Assembly: GCA_035275265.1 (NCBI GenBank)
Contig: DATENC010000017.1
Location: 6,442 to 70,441 of the forward strand
Reading direction: 5' to 3'
Origin: Burkholderiales bacterium
Lineage (GTDB): Bacteria; Pseudomonadota; Gammaproteobacteria; Burkholderiales; JACQAP01
Length of the DNA stretch: 64,000 bases
Below, one piece after another: positions 59,031 to 64,000 of this stretch. The stretch's first letter is position 1; the number at the start of each line of letters is the position of its first letter. Made by a program: the position numbers and the translations under genes. The notes under the pieces are model-generated. The model worked only from the letters and a program-made list of their open reading frames with translations. It searched no databases and was not told the DNA's origin.

Positions 59031-60793
59031 AGAAATTCGGCCTGCGCTTTCGCATCAATTTCGTGATTACGCTGGTCATTGTGCTTTTCGCGTTTGCCGC
59101 CTCCGACGTTCTGATCGAGGAAACGCGCCGTTCCATCCGGGAAGAGGTCGAGGCGGGCACCAAGGTTACCGTGCAACTGATGGAAACCGTCATCGTCAAC
59201 ACCCGGGCCAATGCACAAAGCGGTCCGTACAACCAGGCGTTGCTGTCGTTCCTGCGCCACCTCGGTCGAGTACGTGCCAACGAAATCAAGATGTATGACG
59301 AGAATGACCAGTTGATCTACACTTCGCCGCCATCCCAGTACAAACACGGCAAGTGGGCGCCGGACTGGTTCACCCGTCTGGCGGAGCCGAAGATCGGCGA
59401 GTTCCGGTTGAATCTTCCGAACGGCGCGGTTGTGATCACGCCGGACGCTTCGAGGTCGATCCTCGATGCCTGGGACGATCTCAAGAGTTTCTTCTGGTTA
59501 GTGCTTGGATTTTTCGTGCTGGTCAATGTGTTGGTGTTCTGGCTTCTGGGTCGGTCTCTGCGGCCCATCGGAAAAATTCTGGGCGGCTTGTCCGAAATGG
59601 AGAAGGGCCGCTTTGGCACGCGGTTGGCGAGATTTGACCTTCCCGAATTTGACGCGATCAGCCACACCTTCAACCGCATGGCGGAGAATCTCGAACGGAG
59701 CCTTGCTGAAAATCAGCGCCTTGCGCTGGTCGCAAAGCAATCCAGCGATGCCATCATCATCCATGACCTCGAAGCGCGCATTTCGTTCTGGAACCCGGCC
59801 GCGGGCCGCATGTTCGGCTATCGTGACGATGAAATCGTGGGCCGTTCTGCTAGTCTGCTCGCCCCGCCGGAACGCCAAGCCGAAATCCAGGACAACCTCG
59901 ATACGGTCATGCGGCGTCAACTGGTCGAAAGGGTGGAGACCCAACGCCTGACCAAGGATGGCCGGATGGTCGATGTCGCGCTATCGGCGGCGCCCCTGGT
60001 GGATCCGGCGAGCGACCAAGTGATCGGTGAAATTTGCAGCATGCGCGACATCACCGAACATAAACTGGTGCGCCTTACCGAACGCGAGCTCGAGCAGAAT
60101 CGAAAACTCACCCAGTTGATCCAGATCAGGCTGGAGGAAGAGCGCCGCTCGATCGCGCGCGAACTTCACGATGAACTCGGGCAATGCGTAACGGCGATCA
60201 AGACCATCGGTACGGCGATTTCCAACCGCACTCGCGAAAACGCACCTGAGATCCATGGCAATGCGCAGACGATCGTTTCCGTGGCCACGCACATTTACGA
60301 TGTGGTGCACGGGATCATTCGCCAGTTGCGGCCCACGGCGCTGGACCACCTAGGCCTGAGCGCGACGCTGAAGGAGACTGTGGCGGCATGGCGGGAGAGG
60401 CACAAAGGGATCGACTGCGAACTCAGGCTTCAGGGCGAACTGGAGGGACTGGGCGAAACGCTCAATATCACCATTTACCGCATCGTCCAGGAATGCCTGA
60501 CCAACGTCATTCGCCATTCCGCCGCGACGCGCGCGGACATAGTGGTTGCGCGTGAAGGCGACGTCGGCCTTGGCGACGTGGTCAGGGTGACGGTGCGCGA
60601 CAACGGTAAAGGCATCGCCCAGCGCAATGAGCGTGACGCTACCAGATTCGGCCTGATGGGGATGCGCGAGCGCGTTCAGGCACTCGACGGGATATTTCAG
60701 ATCGACAACCGGCCGGGCGAGGGCGTGACGGTGACCGCTGTGATCCCGGCAAAGGCGACCCCCGTTGCGACCGGCGGGGTGGAAGCCGCATAG
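59027..60793 (+). CDS. Sensor histidine kinase (periplasmic sensor-HAMP-PAS-HisKA_3), MoxY/MxcQ-like
   Basis: Two TMs, HAMP, WNPAAGRMFGY PAS, ERRSIARELHDELGQ, QECLTNVIRH, DNGKG, GLMGMRER. Confidence 0.9.
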   Translation: MKKFGLRFRINFVITLVIVLFAFAASDVLIEETRRSIREEVEAGTKVTVQLMETVIVNTRANAQSGPYNQALLSFLRHLGRVRANEIKMYDENDQLIYTSPPSQYKHGKWAPDWFTRLAEPKIGEFRLNLPNGAVVITPDASRSILDAWDDLKSFFWLVLGFFVLVNVLVFWLLGRSLRPIGKILGGLSEMEKGRFGTRLARFDLPEFDAISHTFNRMAENLERSLAENQRLALVAKQSSDAIIIHDLEARISFWNPAAGRMFGYRDDEIVGRSASLLAPPERQAEIQDNLDTVMRRQLVERVETQRLTKDGRMVDVALSAAPLVDPASDQVIGEICSMRDITEHKLVRLTERELEQNRKLTQLIQIRLEEERRSIARELHDELGQCVTAIKTIGTAISNRTRENAPEIHGNAQTIVSVATHIYDVVHGIIRQLRPTALDHLGLSATLKETVAAWRERHKGIDCELRLQGELEGLGETLNITIYRIVQECLTNVIRHSAATRADIVVAREGDVGLGDVVRVTVRDNGKGIAQRNERDATRFGLMGMRERVQALDGIFQIDNRPGEGVTVTAVIPAKATPVATGGVEAA

Positions 60794-60807
60794 CTGGAGG
60801 AGTCGGG

Positions 60808-61464
60808 TTGAACAGCAAAGCAGCGGGCGGTGGAATCGGCGTCATGTTGGTGGATGATCATGCGGTCGTGCGCATGGGATTCAGGCTTTTGCTGGAAGGA
60901 TCGGCCGACATCAAAGTGGTTGCCGAAGCCGAAAGCGGCGAGGACGCGTGTCGCAAGTTTCCGGAAATCAGACCGGATGTCGTGGTCATGGACATCTCGA
61001 TGCCGGGGATCGGAGGCCTGGAGGCGATTGACCGCATCCTGGCGCGTGAGCCGACGGCGCGCATCCTGGTGTTGTCCGCGCATGAGGATGCGATGCATGC
61101 GCGACGCGTTCTGAAAGCCGGTGCTGCCGGATACCTTACCAAACGCAGTGCGGCGGAAGCCTTGATGCAGGCGATCCGGCAGGTTCACCAGGGCAAGACT
61201 TTCCTGGAACCGGAAATCGCCCAGCAGATGGCGGTGCAGCAGGTCAACGGCGAACGCAATCCGCTCGACATGCTGAGCGAAAAGGAATTCAAGGTATTTC
61301 TGGCGCTCGCGAAGGGACAGTCGGTGGCCGATATTGCCGGCGTCATGTCGTTGAGCCCTCGCACAATCGGCACCCATCTATACAACATCAAGCAGAAGTT
61401 GGGGGCATCGAACTCTGCCGAATTGGCCATCATTGCGATTCGCGCAGGCCTTATAGAACCTTGA
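60808..61464 (+). CDS. NarL/LuxR-family response regulator
   Basis: MLVDDHAVVRMG, DVVVMDISMPG, GYLTK, LSPRTIGTHLYNIKQKL. Confidence 0.93.
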   Translation: MNSKAAGGGIGVMLVDDHAVVRMGFRLLLEGSADIKVVAEAESGEDACRKFPEIRPDVVVMDISMPGIGGLEAIDRILAREPTARILVLSAHEDAMHARRVLKAGAAGYLTKRSAAEALMQAIRQVHQGKTFLEPEIAQQMAVQQVNGERNPLDMLSEKEFKVFLALAKGQSVADIAGVMSLSPRTIGTHLYNIKQKLGASNSAELAIIAIRAGLIEP

Positions 61465-61505
61465 TTATTAAAGAAAATTCTGCCGCCAGACTGGGTTGGG
61501 CAATT

Positions 61506-61544
61506 CTAATGAAAATCATGAGCCGGATTTCAGTGTTTTCTTGT
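61506..61544 (+). promoter_or_regulatory. Second copy of candidate operator upstream of pqqA copy 2
   Basis: CTAATGAA-A-ATCATGAG, then 13 nt, then TTTTCTTGT; same layout as upstream of pqqA copy 1. Confidence 0.55.
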
Positions 61545-61643
61545 AGGGTCTGGCACTGGGCTCCAACAGAATACGTTCCAAGGTCGTGAGGAAGCGGCCG
61601 TGAACACCGATGAAGTGGATTAACTCTCTAAAGGAGCTTCACC

Positions 61644-61715
61644 ATGTGGACCAAACCCGAATACACCGAAATGCGCTTTGGCTTTGAAGTCACGATGTAC
61701 GTCTTCAATCGCTAA
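61644..61715 (+). CDS. pqqA: PQQ precursor peptide, copy 2 ([23 protein letters not shown])
   Basis: Read manually, below ORF-track cutoff; AAGGAG RBS, E-x3-Y core, downstream terminator. Confidence 0.96.
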   Translation: MWTKPEYTEMRFGFEVTMYVFNR

Positions 61716-61736
61716 ATAGCACTGCAAGTCCCGAAG

Positions 61737-61763
61737 GGCTGCTTTCGAGCAGCCTTTTTTTTT
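61737..61763 (+). terminator. Intrinsic terminator after pqqA copy 2
   Basis: GGCTGCT-TTCG-AGCAGCC followed by a long T run. Confidence 0.88.
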
Positions 61764-62088
61764 GCATCACGGTGGCGCGAGGGTGGCCCCAAAAAAAATG
61801 AAATGAATAACGTGGGAGCTATTGCTCCCTTTCTTGTTAGAGCGTTCTCAGTCCCTCGGCTGCCGAAGTAGCAGCGTGCCTGTGCACGCAGTGAACCGGC
61901 TCCTCCGCATTGCAGAGTTACAATTGTGAAAATCAATCCTGGTCATTTTTCGGCAAGTGCTGGAGAAACACCTGCGGGGCAATCGATCGAAGCCCGTTCT
62001 TTGACGGGCATAGAGGAGCGGTAGTGACAACAGAATGTTCGCTGGCGCCGCGGCTGTGGATTTCGCACGCTCCGATACGGACGCCTCC

Positions 62089-63489
62089 ATGAATCGCACG
62101 CTGGTACTCGACGTGGTGGGCCTGACGCCCGCACTGCTCGCGAATGCGCCGAATCTGGGTGCGCTAGCCAAGCGGGGCGGCATGCGGGCGCTCGAGACAG
62201 TGGTGCCGGCGGTGACCACGGCGGTGCAATCCACTTTCGTCACTGGCGCGTTGCCGCGCGAACACGGTATCGTTGGCAACGGCTGGTATTTCCGCGACCT
62301 GTCCGAGATCTGGCTATGGCGCCAGTCCAACCGCCTCGTGGGCGGCGAGAAATTGTGGGACGCGGCCCGGACCCGTGACGCGGCGTTCACCTGCGCCAAG
62401 CTGTTCTGGTGGTACAACATGTATTCGAGCGCGGACTTCGCGGTCACACCCAGGCCGATGTATCCCGCGGACGGTCGCAAGCTTCCCGACATCCATTCCT
62501 ACCCGGCCGAATTGCGCGATGAACTGCAAGGCACGCTCGGCCAGTTTCCTTTATTCCGCTTCTGGGGCCCGGCCGCGGACATCATCTCGACGCAATGGAT
62601 CGGCAAGTCGGCGCTACACGTGTTCGACAAGTACAAGCCGACGCTGACGCTGGTGTACCTGCCGCACCTCGACTACAGCCTTCAGCGCCTCGGTCCGAAT
62701 CATCCTGCTATCGCGCACGAGGTCGCACAAGTAGACGAGGTCTGCGGCGAGCTGATCGATGCGGCGCAGCGGGCCGGCGCTCACGTAGTTGCGCTGTCCG
62801 AGTACGGCATCACGGAAGTGTCCAGGCCGGTGCACATCAACCGCGCACTGCGCCAGGCCGGCTGGCTGCGTGTGCGCGATGAACTCGGGCGCGACCAACT
62901 GGATGCCGGTGCTTCCGAAGCGTTTGCGGTGGCGGATCACCAGATTGCACATGTCTACGTGGCGCGCCCGGAACTGGTAGACAAAGTCGCCAATCTATTG
63001 CGTGGCTTGCCGGGTGTGGAACGTGTCCTGGACGAAGCGGGCAAGCGCGAGATGGGTGTGGATCATGCGCGCTCCGGGGAACTGGTGGCGATTGCTCGTC
63101 CGGACAGCTGGTTCACTTATTTCCATTTTCTGGACGATGCGCGCGCACCGGATTACGCGCGCACTGTGGACATTCACCGCAAACCCGGTTACGACCCGGT
63201 GGAGTTGTTCATCGATCCCGCGCTGTCGCTCCCCAAGCTGCGCATCGCGCTGCGGCTGGCGCAGAAGAAGCTCGGCATGCGCTATCTCATGGATGTAATT
63301 TCGCTCGACGCGACATTGATCAAGGGGTCGCACGGCCGTCCGACCGATCACGCGGAAGAGGGGCCGCTGTTCATCAGTTCGGCGCCGGAACTCTTCGGCG
63401 AAGGATCGGTGGCCGCCACCGCCGTGAAAAGCCTGCTGCTCGATCACGTGTTTGCAAGCAAGGCAGCGTCGGTGAGGCGTGCGGCATGA
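62089..63489 (+). CDS. eboF: Nucleotide pyrophosphatase/alkaline phosphatase superfamily protein, EboF-like
   Basis: TLVLDVVGLT, PAVTTAVQST, WRQSNRLV, LFWWYNM, YLPHLDY, VDIHRKPGYDPVELF, KGSHG. Confidence 0.85.
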   Translation: MNRTLVLDVVGLTPALLANAPNLGALAKRGGMRALETVVPAVTTAVQSTFVTGALPREHGIVGNGWYFRDLSEIWLWRQSNRLVGGEKLWDAARTRDAAFTCAKLFWWYNMYSSADFAVTPRPMYPADGRKLPDIHSYPAELRDELQGTLGQFPLFRFWGPAADIISTQWIGKSALHVFDKYKPTLTLVYLPHLDYSLQRLGPNHPAIAHEVAQVDEVCGELIDAAQRAGAHVVALSEYGITEVSRPVHINRALRQAGWLRVRDELGRDQLDAGASEAFAVADHQIAHVYVARPELVDKVANLLRGLPGVERVLDEAGKREMGVDHARSGELVAIARPDSWFTYFHFLDDARAPDYARTVDIHRKPGYDPVELFIDPALSLPKLRIALRLAQKKLGMRYLMDVISLDATLIKGSHGRPTDHAEEGPLFISSAPELFGEGSVAATAVKSLLLDHVFASKAASVRRAA

Positions 63490-63499
63490 GCGGCGGCAC

Positions 63500-64000
63500 A
63501 TGATTCCAGCGCAGGTACTTGAGCAATGGCTGATCGCCCGGCTGTCCGGCGATGCGGCGGCATGGCTGAAGAATGGGGCACAGCGACTGCGTGGCGGCGG
63601 CACCGACAAGGACCTGTACATGTCGGTGAGCCTGGTGCCGCGCAAGATCGGCAAGGCGGACCTGGAGCTGAACGCTGCAGAACTCGGCCAAGCCACTTCG
63701 GCCCGGCCCGGCTGGGACCCTCGTGAATGGAGCTTGGACCAGGCTGCGCGCGTGCTTCTCCTGCTCGCCTCCGAAAGCGATGGAGCCACCTTCTCGCGGC
63801 GGCTGGACCAGTTGTGCGCAACCGCGGATGTCGGTGAACTCGTCGCCTTTTATCGCGGTCTACCTTTGTATCCCGACCCGACGCGACACGTGCTGCGCGC
63901 CGCCGAGGGCGTACGCACCAACATGAAAGCGGTGTTCCAGGCGGTGGCGCACCGCAATCCGTATCCGTTCGAGCAACTGGCGGAGCCGGCCTGGAACCAG
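63500..64000 (+). CDS. eboA: EboA-domain protein, runs off the right edge
   Basis: Read manually (no stop in window): MIPAQVLEQWL...WSLDQAARVLLLL...ELVAFYRGLPLYP...AAEGVRTNMKAVFQAVAHRNPYP...AWNQ. Confidence 0.85.
   Translation, partial: MIPAQVLEQWLIARLSGDAAAWLKNGAQRLRGGGTDKDLYMSVSLVPRKIGKADLELNAAELGQATSARPGWDPREWSLDQAARVLLLLASESDGATFSRRLDQLCATADVGELVAFYRGLPLYPDPTRHVLRAAEGVRTNMKAVFQAVAHRNPYPFEQLAEPAWNQ

Noticed and set aside
61553-61570. Sigma-54 promoter upstream of pqqA2 (TGGCAC...)
   Set aside because: The -12 element reads TCCA rather than TTGC.
61803-61871. 22-aa ORF MNNVGAIAPFLVRAFSVPRLPK as a third pqqA or RiPP precursor
   Set aside because: It has no E-x3-Y core and no RBS.

Overview
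High-GC (roughly 60-65% by eye) chromosomal segment from a Betaproteobacterium. The evidence is conserved gene orders: thiL-pgpA-cinA-recA-recX-alaS; glnE/yhdP-nit-tldD; ilvE-zfCHCC-waaF; rnfB-nth-DUF1841; aat-bpt-pyrD; dapA-bamC; roxA/bcp-slyD. I saw no rRNA, tRNA, CRISPR array, transposase or phage gene. Interleaved with this housekeeping backbone is a quinoprotein (PQQ) theme. It includes pqqABCDE followed directly by a PedB/PedC-like ABC pair, a divergent tonB-pip-sensor kinase-NarL regulator unit and a second pqqA missed by the ORF track. It also includes a SoxYZ-like carrier with two SoxH-like metallo-beta-lactamase-fold proteins (one with degenerate metal ligands), an orphan MxaD-like SRPBCC protein and the start of an ebo operon (eboF, eboA). 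The strongest new observations are as follows. (1) Both pqqA genes share an upstream element: a 17-bp palindrome plus a 9-bp box at identical spacing, a candidate operator for the enclosed two-component system. (2) There is an envelope module of an outer-membrane DUF3034 barrel, an exported truncated haemoglobin, a cupredoxin and a HAMP-GGDEF(-EAL) protein. (3) A 1177-aa NfnB/GltD-NfnA/PyrK-like fusion sits upstream of a lone RnfB-like ferredoxin. All function assignments are from motif recognition only; no searches were run.
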